Of a stretch of DNA of 64,000 nt, positions 33,648-43,087 are shown piece by piece. Source of the stretch: an uncultured Gemmatimonadales bacterium (GTDB lineage Bacteria > Gemmatimonadota > Gemmatimonadetes > Gemmatimonadales > GWC2-71-9); assembly GCA_963779755.1 (NCBI GenBank), contig CAVZZO010000001.1, forward strand, positions 1,340,845-1,404,844. Direction: 5' to 3'. The position numbers and the translations under genes were made by a program. How positions within the stretch are numbered: position 1 is the stretch's first letter; every line of letters begins with the position of its first letter. The notes under the pieces were generated by a model. It saw nothing but the letters and a program-made list of their open reading frames with translations. It searched no databases and was not told the DNA's origin.

Positions 33648-34659
33648 GCTGCTCGCCCGCATGCCCAAGGCGGAGCTGCACGTGCACCTCGACGGTTCTC
33701 TGCGGCCCGGGACCCTGCTCGAGCTGGCCCGGGCCGCCGGGGTCGACCTGCCCGCCACCGAGCCCGAGGCGCTCCGGCGCTACATGCTGGTGGACGACGC
33801 GCGCGACCTGGAGGATTATCTCCGCCGCTTCGAGATCACCATCGCGGTGCTGCAGACGCCTGAGGCGATCGAGCGGGTCGCCTACGAAATGGTCGAGGAC
33901 GCCGCCCGGGACAACGTGCACCGGCTGGAGGTGCGCTACTGCCCCCGGCTCAGCACCCGCGGCGGGCTTACCATCCGCCAGGCCCTGGGGGCGGAGCATC
34001 GCGGCCTGGCCCGGGGCGAGCGCGACTTCGGCGTCAGCACCGGGATCATCAACTGTTCGCTGCGGCACTATGACCCGGCGGTGTCGCTCGCGATCGCCGA
34101 GGCCTCGGTCGCTTCCCGCGACCTGGGCGTGGTGGCGTTCGATCTGGCGGGCGGCGAAGCCGGCCGGCCGCCCGGCGTCCACGCGCAGGCGTTCGATGCG
34201 GCGGCGGAAGGCAACCTGCGCATCACCGTTCATGCCGGCGAAGCGGCCGGCCCCGACTCCATTCGCGAGGCCATCCACCGCTGTCACGCCGAGCGTATCG
34301 GACACGGGACCCGGCTGGGAGAAGATCCCGACCTGGAGAACTACGTCCGTGACCGGCAGATCCCGCTGGAGATCAACATCTCCAGCAACCTGCAGACCCG
34401 GGTGGTGGCCCGGCCGGCGGAGCACCCGGTCCGGCGCTTCTACGACGCCGGCATCCCGGTAACGCTCTGCACCGACAGCTGGCTGATGAGCGGCACCTCT
34501 CTCACCGATGAGTACTGGATGGCGCACACCGAGCTCGGCTTCGGCCGGGAGGAGATCGAGCGGATGATCCTGAACGGCTTCGCGGCGGCGTTCCTCTCCT
34601 GGCCGGCCAAACAGGACCTGATGGGCCGGGTCCGTGCCGAACTGGCGGCGCTCCCGTGA
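33634..34659 (+). CDS. add: adenosine deaminase
   Basis: MPKAELHVHLDGSL, ..VVAFDLAGGE.., ..ITVHAGEAAG.., ..ERIGHG.., ..TLCTDSW.. (metal and catalytic residues of the ADA family). Confidence 0.9.
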   Translation: MLTRELLARMPKAELHVHLDGSLRPGTLLELARAAGVDLPATEPEALRRYMLVDDARDLEDYLRRFEITIAVLQTPEAIERVAYEMVEDAARDNVHRLEVRYCPRLSTRGGLTIRQALGAEHRGLARGERDFGVSTGIINCSLRHYDPAVSLAIAEASVASRDLGVVAFDLAGGEAGRPPGVHAQAFDAAAEGNLRITVHAGEAAGPDSIREAIHRCHAERIGHGTRLGEDPDLENYVRDRQIPLEINISSNLQTRVVARPAEHPVRRFYDAGIPVTLCTDSWLMSGTSLTDEYWMAHTELGFGREEIERMILNGFAAAFLSWPAKQDLMGRVRAELAALP

Positions 34660-36029
34660 CCACGCCCTTCCTGCTCCAGACCGCCGCCGAGCGCCTGGCG
34701 CAGGCGCACGCCGGGCTGCATACGCCGCTGCTGCAGCGGCTGGTGGGGATCCTGGGCATCGTGACCATGATCGCCATCGCCTGGCTCCTGTCCTACGACC
34801 GCAAGCGCGTCAAGTGGCGGCTGGTGGCCTCCGGCCTTGCCCTCCAGCTGATCTTCGGCTTCCTGGTTCTGAAGACCGGAGTGGGCCGGGACGTGTTCGC
34901 CTTCGCGGGCCGGGTGGTGACCGGGTTGCTCGCGTTCCAGGAGCAGGGCGCCCGGTTCGTCTTCGGCAACCTGGTGCAGAACACGGTGCCGGTCGGCGTG
35001 CCGGGCGTCAACGGCGCGCTGGACAGCAGCGCCGGGCTGGTGGCCAGTACCGGCGCCTATTTCGCGTTCAATGTCCTGCCCACCATCATCTTCTTTTCGT
35101 CCCTCATGTCGGTCCTCTACTACCTGAACGTCATGCAGGTGGTGGTGAAGGGGATCGCGTGGGTGATGCAGAAGACCCTGGGCACCTCGGGCGCCGAAAC
35201 GCTCTCGGCCTCCGGCAACATCTTCCTGGGGCAGACGGAGGCGCCGCTCCTCATCAAGCCCTTTGTCCGGGCGATGACGCCTTCCGAGCTGACCACCGTC
35301 ATGGTGGGCGGCTTCGCCACGGTGGCCGGCGGCGTGCTGGCCGCGTACATCGGCATGCTGGCCGGATACTTTCCCGACATCGCCGGGCATCTGCTCGCCG
35401 CCAGCGTGATGAACGCCCCCGCCGGACTCTATCTCAGCAAGATCCTGATGCCCGAGACGGGCGAGCCGGTGACCAAAGGCTCGCTCAAGATGGAAATCGA
35501 GAAGACCGAGAAGAGCGTGATCGAGGCCGCGGCCGGCGGGGCGGCCCAGGGCGTCCAGCTCGCCATCAATGTCGCCGCCATGCTGATGGCGTTCGTGGCG
35601 CTGGTGGCGATGCTCAACTTCGGGCTGCACTGGATGGGCGGCCTCTGGGGACAGGACAACCTGAGCCTCCAGTGGGCGCTGGGCAAGCTGCTCCAGCCGC
35701 TGGCCTGGGTCATGGGGGTGCCCTGGAAGGACACCTCCTACGTGGGCGGCCTCATCGGGCTCAAGACCACGCTCAACGAGTTCATCGCCTACGCGCAGTT
35801 CGCCGGCGACCTGAGCAACGGCATCGTGCTCTCACCCCGTTCGGCGGTCATCCTGACCTACGCGCTGCTCGGCTTCGCCAACTTCAGCTCCATCGCCATC
35901 CAGATCGGCGGCATCGGCGGCCTGGCGCCCGAACGGCGCAGCGAGCTGGCCCGCTTCGGCCTGCGCGCCATGATCATGGGCAATCTGGCCGCCTTCATCT
36001 CGGCCAGCATCGCGGGGATGCTGCTGTGA
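34656..36029 (+). CDS. nupC: NupC/NupG-family concentrative nucleoside transporter
   Basis: Polytopic. ..SGNIFLGQTEAPLLIKPF..MTPSELTTVMVGGFATVAGGVLAAY.. is diagnostic of the CNT family. GTGA overlap with add. Confidence 0.9.
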   Translation: MTTPFLLQTAAERLAQAHAGLHTPLLQRLVGILGIVTMIAIAWLLSYDRKRVKWRLVASGLALQLIFGFLVLKTGVGRDVFAFAGRVVTGLLAFQEQGARFVFGNLVQNTVPVGVPGVNGALDSSAGLVASTGAYFAFNVLPTIIFFSSLMSVLYYLNVMQVVVKGIAWVMQKTLGTSGAETLSASGNIFLGQTEAPLLIKPFVRAMTPSELTTVMVGGFATVAGGVLAAYIGMLAGYFPDIAGHLLAASVMNAPAGLYLSKILMPETGEPVTKGSLKMEIEKTEKSVIEAAAGGAAQGVQLAINVAAMLMAFVALVAMLNFGLHWMGGLWGQDNLSLQWALGKLLQPLAWVMGVPWKDTSYVGGLIGLKTTLNEFIAYAQFAGDLSNGIVLSPRSAVILTYALLGFANFSSIAIQIGGIGGLAPERRSELARFGLRAMIMGNLAAFISASIAGMLL

Positions 36030-36037
36030 AGGGGAAA

Positions 36038-36092
36038 AGGCGGCAAGACGGCAGGTGGAGCGCTCACGTGCCGTCCTGCCGTCCTGCCGCCT
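36038..36092. repeat. 18-bp hairpin of GGCAAGAC/GGCAGG units (aggcggcaagacggcagg ... cctgccgtcctgccgcct), ending 3 nt before the punA ATG
   Basis: Read directly. One mismatch, 19-nt loop. Member of the GGCARGRC family. Confidence 0.85.
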
Positions 36093-36095
36093 ACC

Positions 36096-36914
36096 ATGAC
36101 GACTGATCTGATTTCGGCCGCGGCTACGGTTGTGCGCGAACGGCTCGGCGCGCCGCTCCCGGCCACTGCCATCGTCCTCGGCTCCGGGCTGGGCGGGCTC
36201 ACCCGGCGGATCCAGGATCCGGTGCGCCTTCCCTACCAAGAGATCCCGGGTTTCCCGCTGCCCACCGTCGAAGGACACGCCGGCGAGCTGGTCGCCGGGC
36301 TGCTGGGCGGAAGGCGCGTGCTGGCGCAGAGCGGCCGCTTTCATATGTATGAAGGTCACGATGCGGCCACCGCGGCGCTGCCGGTACGGGTGTTCGCCGA
36401 GTTGGGAGTGCGGACCCTGCTCCTCACCAACGCCGCGGGCGGCATTCGCCGGACCTTCCGCGCGGGCGCGCTCATGCTGCTGTCCGATCACCTGAACCTG
36501 ACCTTTCGCAATCCGCTGATCGGCGGGGTCCTGGCGGGGGAAGAGCGATTCCCCGATATGTCCGATCCCTACGATCCCGGGTTGCGCCGCCTGGCCCGCG
36601 AAGTGGCGGCGGAGCGGAAGATCCCGCTGGAAGAGGGGGTGTACGCCGGGCTGCTGGGGCCGAGCTACGAGACGCCGGCCGAGGTGCGGATGCTGGAGCG
36701 AATGGGCGCCGATGCGGTGGGAATGAGCACCGTGCTTGAAGTCATCGCCGCCCGGGCGCGAGGGATCCGCTGCCTGGGCGTCAGCATCGTCACCAACCCC
36801 GCCAGCGGCCTGGGCGCGCCGCTGTCGCACCAGGAAGTGATGGAAAGCGCCGGGAAGGCCGGGGCGCAGCTGGAGGAGCTGATCGAAGGAATCGTCGCCT
36901 CCTCGGCGGGCTGA
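36096..36914 (+). CDS. punA: purine nucleoside phosphorylase (trimeric PNP/MTAP family)
   Basis: ..AIVLGSGLGGL...FPLPTVEGHAGELVAG...SGRFHMYEGH...LLLTNAAGG...YETPAEVRML...GADAVGMSTV.. Confidence 0.9.
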   Translation: MTTDLISAAATVVRERLGAPLPATAIVLGSGLGGLTRRIQDPVRLPYQEIPGFPLPTVEGHAGELVAGLLGGRRVLAQSGRFHMYEGHDAATAALPVRVFAELGVRTLLLTNAAGGIRRTFRAGALMLLSDHLNLTFRNPLIGGVLAGEERFPDMSDPYDPGLRRLAREVAAERKIPLEEGVYAGLLGPSYETPAEVRMLERMGADAVGMSTVLEVIAARARGIRCLGVSIVTNPASGLGAPLSHQEVMESAGKAGAQLEELIEGIVASSAG

Positions 36915-36920
36915 TGGAGG

Positions 36921-37070
36921 TAAACCGCAAAGACGCGAAGGGCGCGAAGGGACGCGAAGGCTGCTTCTACACTGAGAGGCGGTCTCTTGGCCTCTGCGAT
37001 CCGCGCAGGGGTTGGGGGACGCGGTTGTACCGAGTTGCAGTTGTTCGCGCTCTTCGCGTCTTCGCGGTTA
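36921..37070. repeat. long-loop inverted repeat: about 24-bp arms AACCGC(A/G)AAGACGCGAAG(G/A)GCGCG of CGCGAAG-type units around a ~90-nt loop, between convergent punA and thiD
   Basis: The left arm at 36923-36946 against the reverse complement of 37046-37069 matches at 22 of 24 positions by hand. The left arm continues as further CGCGAAGG units to 36960. Confidence 0.8.
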
Positions 37071-37074
37071 GCAG

Positions 37075-37869
37075 TTAATCCGACGATGGCGCCGGGACTG
37101 AGTGATTGAGCGGCCCATGGCCCCGGCCCAGGCCGGGCGCGGATTCGATGGCGCGGTGGACGTAATCGAGCGCATCCTCCACCGCGCGCTCCAGGTCGCG
37201 GCCCAGGGCCAGCCCGGCGGTGACGGCCGCGGAGAGGGTGCAGCCGGTACCGTGCGTCGAGGTCGTGTCGATCTTCGCGTGCCGGAAGCGGCGGGTGGTG
37301 TTCGGCGTGACCAGGAGGTCGATTACCTCCGCGCCCGGCAGGTGGCCGCCGGTGATGAGCGCGGCCCCGGCGCCCCGCTGAAGCAGTGCCCGGGCGGCGC
37401 GCTCCATGTCCGGCTCGCTCTCTACCGGGATGCCGGCCAGCAGCGCGGCCTCCGCCAGGTTGGGCGTCACCAGCCGGCAGAGCGGCAGCAGGTCGGCGCG
37501 GACCGCGTCTTCGCCCTCGGCGGTCAACAACCGGTCGCCTGAGGTGGCGACCATGACCGGATCGAGCACGTAAGGGCCCCAGTCGCGCGAGCGCAGCGCC
37601 CCGGCCACCAGCCGCACCAGCGGTGCCGTGGCCAGCATGCCGGTCTTGACTGCCGCGGGCGGCAGATCCTCGGCCAGCGCCTCGAGCTGGGCCGCGACGA
37701 TCGTCTCGGGGACCACATGCACTCCGTGCACGCCCCGGGTATTCTGCGCCGTAATTGCCACGATGGCGCTGGTGCCGAAGACGCCGAACTGGTGGAAGGT
37801 CTTGAGGTCGGCCTGGATGCCGGCCCCGCCGCCGGAATCCGAGCCGGCAATGGTCAGTGCGACACGCAT
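37075..37869 (-). CDS. thiD: bifunctional hydroxymethylpyrimidine / phosphomethylpyrimidine kinase
   Basis: ATG at 37869. [60 protein letters not shown]. Confidence 0.9.
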   Translation of the reverse strand: MRVALTIAGSDSGGGAGIQADLKTFHQFGVFGTSAIVAITAQNTRGVHGVHVVPETIVAAQLEALAEDLPPAAVKTGMLATAPLVRLVAGALRSRDWGPYVLDPVMVATSGDRLLTAEGEDAVRADLLPLCRLVTPNLAEAALLAGIPVESEPDMERAARALLQRGAGAALITGGHLPGAEVIDLLVTPNTTRRFRHAKIDTTSTHGTGCTLSAAVTAGLALGRDLERAVEDALDYVHRAIESAPGLGRGHGPLNHSVPAPSSD

Positions 37870-37896
37870 GGGCCCGGTCTCCCGGCCGAAAGGGAC

Positions 37897-38664
37897 ATGA
37901 GCAGCTCCCTGCAGACGATCATTCGAGATCTCCGCCGCCGCCGCGGCCGCGAGCGGCGCGGGCTGGCGCTGGCCGAAGGCGTCCGGCTGGTGGAGGAGGC
38001 GCTGCGGGCGGGCGTCGCCTTTCGCGGCGCCGCCGTTGCGCCCGCGCTGGAAAGTAGCCCCCGCGGCCGGGAGCTTGCAGCGGCGCTGGAGCGGAGGAGC
38101 GTCCCGCTGGAGCGGATGGACGACCGCGCCCTCGCCGGCCTGGCCGACACCGAGCATCCGCAGGGGATCGTCGCCGTCATCGAGCCGCCTCACCCCACGC
38201 TGAGCGAACTGTTTCCCGCGGCGGGCGAGGTCGTGCTGGTGCTGGACGCGGTGCAGGACCCGGGCAACGTCGGGACCATGCTTCGCACCGCGCTGGCGCT
38301 GGGCGTCGCGGGCGTCATCGCGCTCGACGGCACCGCGGAGCTGACCAACCCCAAGGTGCTGCGGGGCGCGATGGGCGCGCATTTCCACCGGCCCGCCGTG
38401 ATGGCGCGGCAGGAAGAGTTCCTCGCGTGGTGTGCGGAGCGGAAGGCGGAGCTTTGGGTGGCGGACATGGACGGCGAGCCGGTGCAGGGAAGGCCCGCCG
38501 CGCCGCTGGCCCTGGTGGTGGGCAACGAAGGGGCCGGCGTGCGCGAGGCGCTGCGGGAGCGCGCGGCGCGGCGGGTGGGCATTCCCCTCGCTGCCGGGGC
38601 CGAATCGCTGAACGTGGCCGTGGCCGCGGGCATCCTCCTCTACGAGGTGATGCGTGAGCGCTGA
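37897..38664 (+). CDS. TrmH/SpoU-family RNA 2'-O-methyltransferase
   Basis: ATG at 37897. ..[18 protein letters not shown]...[10 protein letters not shown]...[22 protein letters not shown] (SpoU motifs 1-3). Confidence 0.8.
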   Translation: MSSSLQTIIRDLRRRRGRERRGLALAEGVRLVEEALRAGVAFRGAAVAPALESSPRGRELAAALERRSVPLERMDDRALAGLADTEHPQGIVAVIEPPHPTLSELFPAAGEVVLVLDAVQDPGNVGTMLRTALALGVAGVIALDGTAELTNPKVLRGAMGAHFHRPAVMARQEEFLAWCAERKAELWVADMDGEPVQGRPAAPLALVVGNEGAGVREALRERAARRVGIPLAAGAESLNVAVAAGILLYEVMRER

Positions 38665-39427
38665 TCCGTTCGTGGTGCTCGTCGCCGGGCTCTTCGGCGC
38701 CGTCATCGGAAGCTTCCTCAACGTCTGCATCCTGCGGCTGCCGCCGGGCGAATCGGTGGTCTCGCCGCCATCCGCCTGCCCCAGGTGCCATCAGCGGATC
38801 GCCTGGTATGACAACGTCCCCATTCTTTCCTGGCTCTTCCTGCGGGGACGCTGCCGCCGCTGCGGCAATCGCATCTCGGTCCAGTATCCTCTGATCGAGC
38901 TGGCCACGGCGCTTCTCTGGGTCTGGATGGCCTGGCGCTTTCCCGACCTGCTGGAGGCCCTGCGCGCCGCCCTGTTCCTCACCCTGCTCCTGGGCATCGC
39001 CATGACCGATGCGCGGGAATACATCATCCCGGATGAATTCTCCATCGGCGGGCTGGTGCTGGGCCTGGGCCTGAGCCTCATCCACGGGCTGGACGGACTG
39101 TTGACGGCGGCGATCGGCGCGGCGGTCGGATTTACGACGCTGTGGCTGGTGGCCGAGGGCGGGAAGCGCATGTTCCGGCGCGAAGCGATGGGCGGCGGCG
39201 ACATCAAGATGATGGCCATGATCGGCGCCTTCCTCGGCTGGCAGGGCGTCTTCCTCACCATCTTCCTGGGGTCGGTGGTGGGGACCCTCGTGTTCGGGCC
39301 GCTGGCGCTCTTCGGGCGGAAGAAGGAAGTGCCGTTCGGCATCTTCCTCGCGCTGGGTGCCGCCGTCACCTTCCTGTGGGGCGGGCTGCTGATCGACTGG
39401 TACCGGGGATATCTGGGAGGCATGTGA
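38654..39427 (+). CDS. pilD: prepilin peptidase (A24 family)
   Basis: GSFLNVCILRLP, the zinc-ribbon CPRCHQRIAWYDNVPILSWLFLRGRCRRCG, and the catalytic region GGGDIKMMAMIGAFLGW. Confidence 0.85.
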   Translation: MSADPFVVLVAGLFGAVIGSFLNVCILRLPPGESVVSPPSACPRCHQRIAWYDNVPILSWLFLRGRCRRCGNRISVQYPLIELATALLWVWMAWRFPDLLEALRAALFLTLLLGIAMTDAREYIIPDEFSIGGLVLGLGLSLIHGLDGLLTAAIGAAVGFTTLWLVAEGGKRMFRREAMGGGDIKMMAMIGAFLGWQGVFLTIFLGSVVGTLVFGPLALFGRKKEVPFGIFLALGAAVTFLWGGLLIDWYRGYLGGM

Positions 39428-39428
39428 G

Positions 39429-40640
39429 GTGAAACGAAGGAATACGCTGGGGCTGATCTGTGCAGCGGGCATGGTGGCCGCCATGCTCCCCGGCTGCCGG
39501 GGCGAACCGCAGCGGGTCGCGCCCGGCCGCCTCCAGGTGCTGGTGGACAGCCTGCGCCCCCAGGTGGAGCGGGTGACCGGCCTCCAGTTCAAGGGTCCCA
39601 TCCAGTCCGCCATGCAGACCAAGGACCAGGTCCGCTCCTACCTGCTGCGCCGGTTCGACGAGGAGATCCCGCCGGCGAAGCTCACAGGCATCGAGGACGC
39701 CTACCGGCTCTTCGGGCTCATCCCCGATACGCTCGACCTGCGCGGGCTGCTGCTCGATCTCTACACCGAGCAGGTGGCGGGCTACTACGACCCCGAGAGC
39801 AACACGCTCTTCGGTGTCGAGGGCGCCGATCCCGCGCAGCTGAAGCTGGTCCTGGCGCACGAGCTGGTGCACGCGTTGCAGGATCAGTATACCAACCTCG
39901 ATTCGCTGCTCTCGCTGAAGGGCGACGACGACCGTCAGTCGGCGGCCCAGGCCATTCTGGAGGGCCAGGCCAACCTGGCCTCGCTCCAGCTCATCGCTCC
40001 CGAGCGGGCCAACGATCCCGCCTTCTGGGACACCTTCCTCGACGCCCTGCGGCAGCAGCAGTCCACCATGCCGGTCTTTGCCCGCTCACCTCTGGTGGTG
40101 CGGGAGGACCTGCTCTTTCCCTACGTGGCCGGCGCGGAGTTCATGCGCTGGTGGGCCACCTCGCCGCTCAAGGATACCGTCCCCTACGGGCCCCGGATGC
40201 CGGTCTCGACCGAGCAGATCCTGCATCCCGAGCGGTATCTCAATGGCGATGAGCCGGACGGCTTGCGCTTCGCCGATACCGATTCGGCCGAGTATGACAA
40301 TGTCCTGGGAGAGCTGGAGCTGCACGTGCTGGACGCGGTGCTCAAGGGCAGTGAGGATGTCGTGACCCGCACCGTCCCCGGCTGGGGCGGCGACCGGTTC
40401 CGGGTCTATGCGACCCCCAATGGCCCCGCGCTGGTGTGGTATACCGTGTGGGACAGTCCGGTCTATGCCCAGCGCTTCGAGCTGGGCCTGGGAGCCCGGA
40501 TGGCGATGCGCTCGCGGCAGGGCTATCGCACGGCGATGGATACGCTGACGGTGGACAGCCTGCCCGCCGTACGCATCACCGTGGCGCCGGCCGGGTGGAC
40601 GCGGTGGGGTCGGGAGCCCGGGGTGGAGCTCCGTCGGTAG
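39429..40640 (+). CDS. putative zinc-metalloprotease lipoprotein (HExxH)
   Basis: GTG start. MKRRNTLGLICAAGMVAAMLPGC (lipobox). Single HExxH in LVLAHELVHALQDQ followed by ..EGQANLAS... Family not recognised. Confidence 0.55.
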   Translation: MKRRNTLGLICAAGMVAAMLPGCRGEPQRVAPGRLQVLVDSLRPQVERVTGLQFKGPIQSAMQTKDQVRSYLLRRFDEEIPPAKLTGIEDAYRLFGLIPDTLDLRGLLLDLYTEQVAGYYDPESNTLFGVEGADPAQLKLVLAHELVHALQDQYTNLDSLLSLKGDDDRQSAAQAILEGQANLASLQLIAPERANDPAFWDTFLDALRQQQSTMPVFARSPLVVREDLLFPYVAGAEFMRWWATSPLKDTVPYGPRMPVSTEQILHPERYLNGDEPDGLRFADTDSAEYDNVLGELELHVLDAVLKGSEDVVTRTVPGWGGDRFRVYATPNGPALVWYTVWDSPVYAQRFELGLGARMAMRSRQGYRTAMDTLTVDSLPAVRITVAPAGWTRWGREPGVELRR

Positions 40641-40652
40641 GACAGCTCCGGA

Positions 40653-40800
40653 ATTCACCGCGAAGACGCCAAAGGCGCGAAGGTTGCGAAGTCATGTTGT
40701 GTGGGTCTATCCGTCGGGACCAGGCTGCGCCTGACACCCTGGGAGGGCCGCCAACAGAACACAGATTACTCTTCGCGCCCTTCGCGTCTTCGCGGTGAAT
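40653..40800. repeat. long-loop inverted repeat: 30-bp arms ATTCACCGCGAAGACGC..GGCGCGAAG around a ~88-nt loop, between convergent genes
   Basis: 40653-40682 against the reverse complement of 40771-40800 matches at about 27-28 of 30 positions by hand. It uses the same CGCGAAG unit family as 36921-37070. Confidence 0.85.
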
Positions 40801-40803
40801 CAG

Positions 40804-42369
40804 TCATCGCCCCAACATGACGTTGATCCCGAACGCGATCGCGCCCACGATCGCTCCCAGCACGTAACCCAGGTTCACGATCAGGTCCAGCTCCTTCTGC
40901 GTCACGTTGCGGACGATCTCCTCCATCCGCTGCGTGCTGAACCCCAGCACCTTCTGCTCCACCATCTCCTGGACCTGGATCTGCCCCACCAGCATGGGGA
41001 TCTGGCTCTGCACCCAGCCCCAGGCGGCCTCCACCAGATCCTGCCTGACCCGTGCCGAGCGCTCCTCGCCCAGCCAGCCGGCGGGGCGGCCCAGCGGGCG
41101 GTCGAGCAGGTGGTTCGCCACCGAGCGTACCGTCTCCTCCACCCACTGCTTCCCCCGCGGCCCCGCGGCGGCATCGGCAATGAGCCGGGCCAGCGTCTCG
41201 GCCGGGATGGCGTCCAGCACGTCTCCCCAGGTCCGTTGCTCGGCGGCGTGCAAGGCGCGGTCGACCGTCTGGCCGATCACCCGCCGGGTACCGGCATCGC
41301 GCGCCAGCTTTACCGCCCAGTCGCCCAGGGTCTTCTCCAGATCGGCCCGGCGTTGCTCGCCCAGCCGGCGGAATCGCTCGGCCAGGGGAATGCGCAGGAA
41401 GCTCACCACCGCATCGTTCACCGCGCGGGCAACCTGGGCCTCGATGGCCGGACTCTTCAGCTCGAAGCCCAGCCGGTCCAGCCCCCGCCTCTCGAACCCG
41501 TCCACCAGCCGCGCGATGGTGCGGTCGGTCACCACCATCTTGGCAAGGATGCGCTCGTGCAGCAGCAGATCGCGCACCGTATGGTCGAACGCGTCGCGCA
41601 GGGCGCCCTCGACCTGCCGCCGGGTATCGGGGTTCTGCAGCACCGAGCCGAGCCGCTCCACCGCGACGGGGAGATAATCGGTGATCCCCTGCTCGACGGC
41701 CCCCACCAGCCCGGGCGGCAGCCGCTCCAGCAGGGGCCGGTCGTCGCGTGCCAGGCTGTCCATCTGCTGCGTGATGAACCCGCGTACCGCGTTCTCCAGT
41801 GCCTCGCCCTCGGCCATCTGCCCCACCCACTCGTCCACCTTGCGGGCCAGTGACTCCCGGCGGCCGGCCGTCAGCACCTCGCCCAGCGGCCGGTCGCCCA
41901 GCTCGGCGCGGAGCTTCTCCTGCCAGACCTCCACCCGGGCGACGAAAGCAGGGCCGGCCGTGTACTCCGCCAGCCGCCGGGCCACTACATCGCTCAGTTC
42001 GGGCAGCGCCTGCTCGACGGTCTCCAGCAGGGACGGGCTCAGGCCCTGGCGGAGGGGGCCGCGATCGCGCTCCAGCAGGTCGTTCAGGAAACCGCCGATG
42101 GCCCGGGCGAAGGTCTCATAGACGCTCGGCGTGCTGAGCCGCTGGGCCAGGTCCTCCGGCGTCAGCAGCCGCTCGCCCACCGCCTTGCCCACGCTCTTCG
42201 CCAGACGGGCCTTGTTCTTGGGGATGGCGCCATGAAACCGGAACGGCCCGAACCCGCGCCGGTCGTGGGGATGAAACAGCATCCAGACGGCGACGGCGTT
42301 GGTGATGCCGCCGGACAAGGCACCGACCAGGACGGTGACGATGCCGGTGACGAGGAGCTGGTGGTTCAT
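40804..42369 (-). CDS. DUF445 family membrane-associated protein
   Basis: ATG at 42369. MNHQLLVTGIVTVLVGALSGGITNAVAVWMLFHP...GAIPKNKARLAKSVG.. is the DUF445 N-terminal signature. There is a C-terminal TM helix. Confidence 0.75.
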   Translation of the reverse strand: MNHQLLVTGIVTVLVGALSGGITNAVAVWMLFHPHDRRGFGPFRFHGAIPKNKARLAKSVGKAVGERLLTPEDLAQRLSTPSVYETFARAIGGFLNDLLERDRGPLRQGLSPSLLETVEQALPELSDVVARRLAEYTAGPAFVARVEVWQEKLRAELGDRPLGEVLTAGRRESLARKVDEWVGQMAEGEALENAVRGFITQQMDSLARDDRPLLERLPPGLVGAVEQGITDYLPVAVERLGSVLQNPDTRRQVEGALRDAFDHTVRDLLLHERILAKMVVTDRTIARLVDGFERRGLDRLGFELKSPAIEAQVARAVNDAVVSFLRIPLAERFRRLGEQRRADLEKTLGDWAVKLARDAGTRRVIGQTVDRALHAAEQRTWGDVLDAIPAETLARLIADAAAGPRGKQWVEETVRSVANHLLDRPLGRPAGWLGEERSARVRQDLVEAAWGWVQSQIPMLVGQIQVQEMVEQKVLGFSTQRMEEIVRNVTQKELDLIVNLGYVLGAIVGAIAFGINVMLGR

Positions 42370-42384
42370 GGGTTGGGGAGTATA

Positions 42385-42420
42385 GGCGGCAGGGCGGCAG
42401 GGCGGCAGGGCGGCAGGTGG
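42385..42420. repeat. (GGCAGGGC)x4 octamer array ending GGCAGGTGG
   Basis: Read directly. Its reverse complement (CGCCCTGC)n matches the array at 42973-43052. Confidence 0.9.
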
Positions 42421-42506
42421 GCCGACCCGGACGCCTCCGCGGGCTTCTGAAACGCCCAGCGCTCGAATGATGACAGTCGAGAGGCAGGCGCTGAATACCG
42501 TGGAGC

Positions 42507-42932
42507 ATGCCAAACGCCACCTCCAAGCCCTCGAGGCTCAGTTCCTTTCAGCGCCTCACGGCCTGGCGCGCCTGCCACGAGCTGACTCTCGCGATATATA
42601 GGCAATCCGACTCATGGCCCGAGACCGAGCGCTATGGCCTGATCTCGCAGGTCCGGCGGGCGGCCGTGTCGTGCTGCTGCAACATTGCGGAGGGCAGCGC
42701 AAAGCGTGGGAGTGCCGAGTTCAGGCGTTTTCTCGACATGGCCCTCGGTTCACTGGCCGAGATCGAGGCTCTGTTTCTCATCGCGAGAGATCTTGGGATT
42801 CTCCAGAAGACCACCTGGGGAGAACTTGAGGCTTTCCGCGACCACGCTGGCAAATTGGTTTGGGGTCTGTACCTGGCTGTCGGGAGGCGGACAACGCCGC
42901 GGCCTGCCAAGCCCAGAACGGAGAAGGGATAA
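42507..42932 (+). CDS. four-helix-bundle protein of the 23S rRNA intervening-sequence / Avd-like family
   Basis: ..FQRLTAWRACHELTLAIYRQSDSWPETERYGLISQVRRAAVSCCCNIAEGSAKRGSAEFRRFLDMALGSLAEIEALFLIARDLG.. matches the family pattern (F..L.vW..a..L....Y......P..E.y.L..Q.rRAa.Si..NIAEG..r....e...fl..A.GS..E). Confidence 0.8.
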   Translation: MPNATSKPSRLSSFQRLTAWRACHELTLAIYRQSDSWPETERYGLISQVRRAAVSCCCNIAEGSAKRGSAEFRRFLDMALGSLAEIEALFLIARDLGILQKTTWGELEAFRDHAGKLVWGLYLAVGRRTTPRPAKPRTEKG

Positions 42933-42972
42933 GGGAACGGTCTGGCACGCCGGGCTCTTGTGCAGCATTCTC

Positions 42973-43052
42973 CGCCTTGCCGCCTTGCCGCCTTGCCGCC
43001 TTGCCGCCTTGCCGCCTTGCCGCCTTGCCGCCTTGCCGCCCTGCCGCCTTGC
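42973..43052. repeat. (CGCCTTGC)x10 octamer array (units 1-8 and 10 CGCCTTGC, unit 9 CGCCCTGC)
   Basis: Read directly. It is in inverted orientation relative to 42385-42420. It creates the spurious N-terminal ORF extension ..PPCRLAALPPCRL.. of the ffh track ORF. Confidence 0.9.
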
Positions 43053-43087
43053 TCCTAACCCCATGTCCGCGCTATAATTCCCGGCTT

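Noticed and set aside
37870-37896. TPP riboswitch expected upstream of thiD.
   Set aside because: Only 27 nt separate thiD from the divergent methyltransferase gene, which is far too short for a THI element.
42973-43052. Short tandem arrays (also 49903-49982 and 54038-54128) considered as CRISPR arrays.
   Set aside because: The units are 7-8 nt and directly abutting, with no spacers. There are no cas genes in the window.
42860-43087. N-terminal extension of the ffh ORF (..LPPCRLAALPPCRLAALPPCRPAALL..). The extension 53901..54209 of the ilvE ORF (..SAISHQPSAISHQP..) is similar.
   Set aside because: These peptides are simply translations of the octamer and heptamer arrays. The conserved protein N-termini begin downstream, at 43088 and about 54210.
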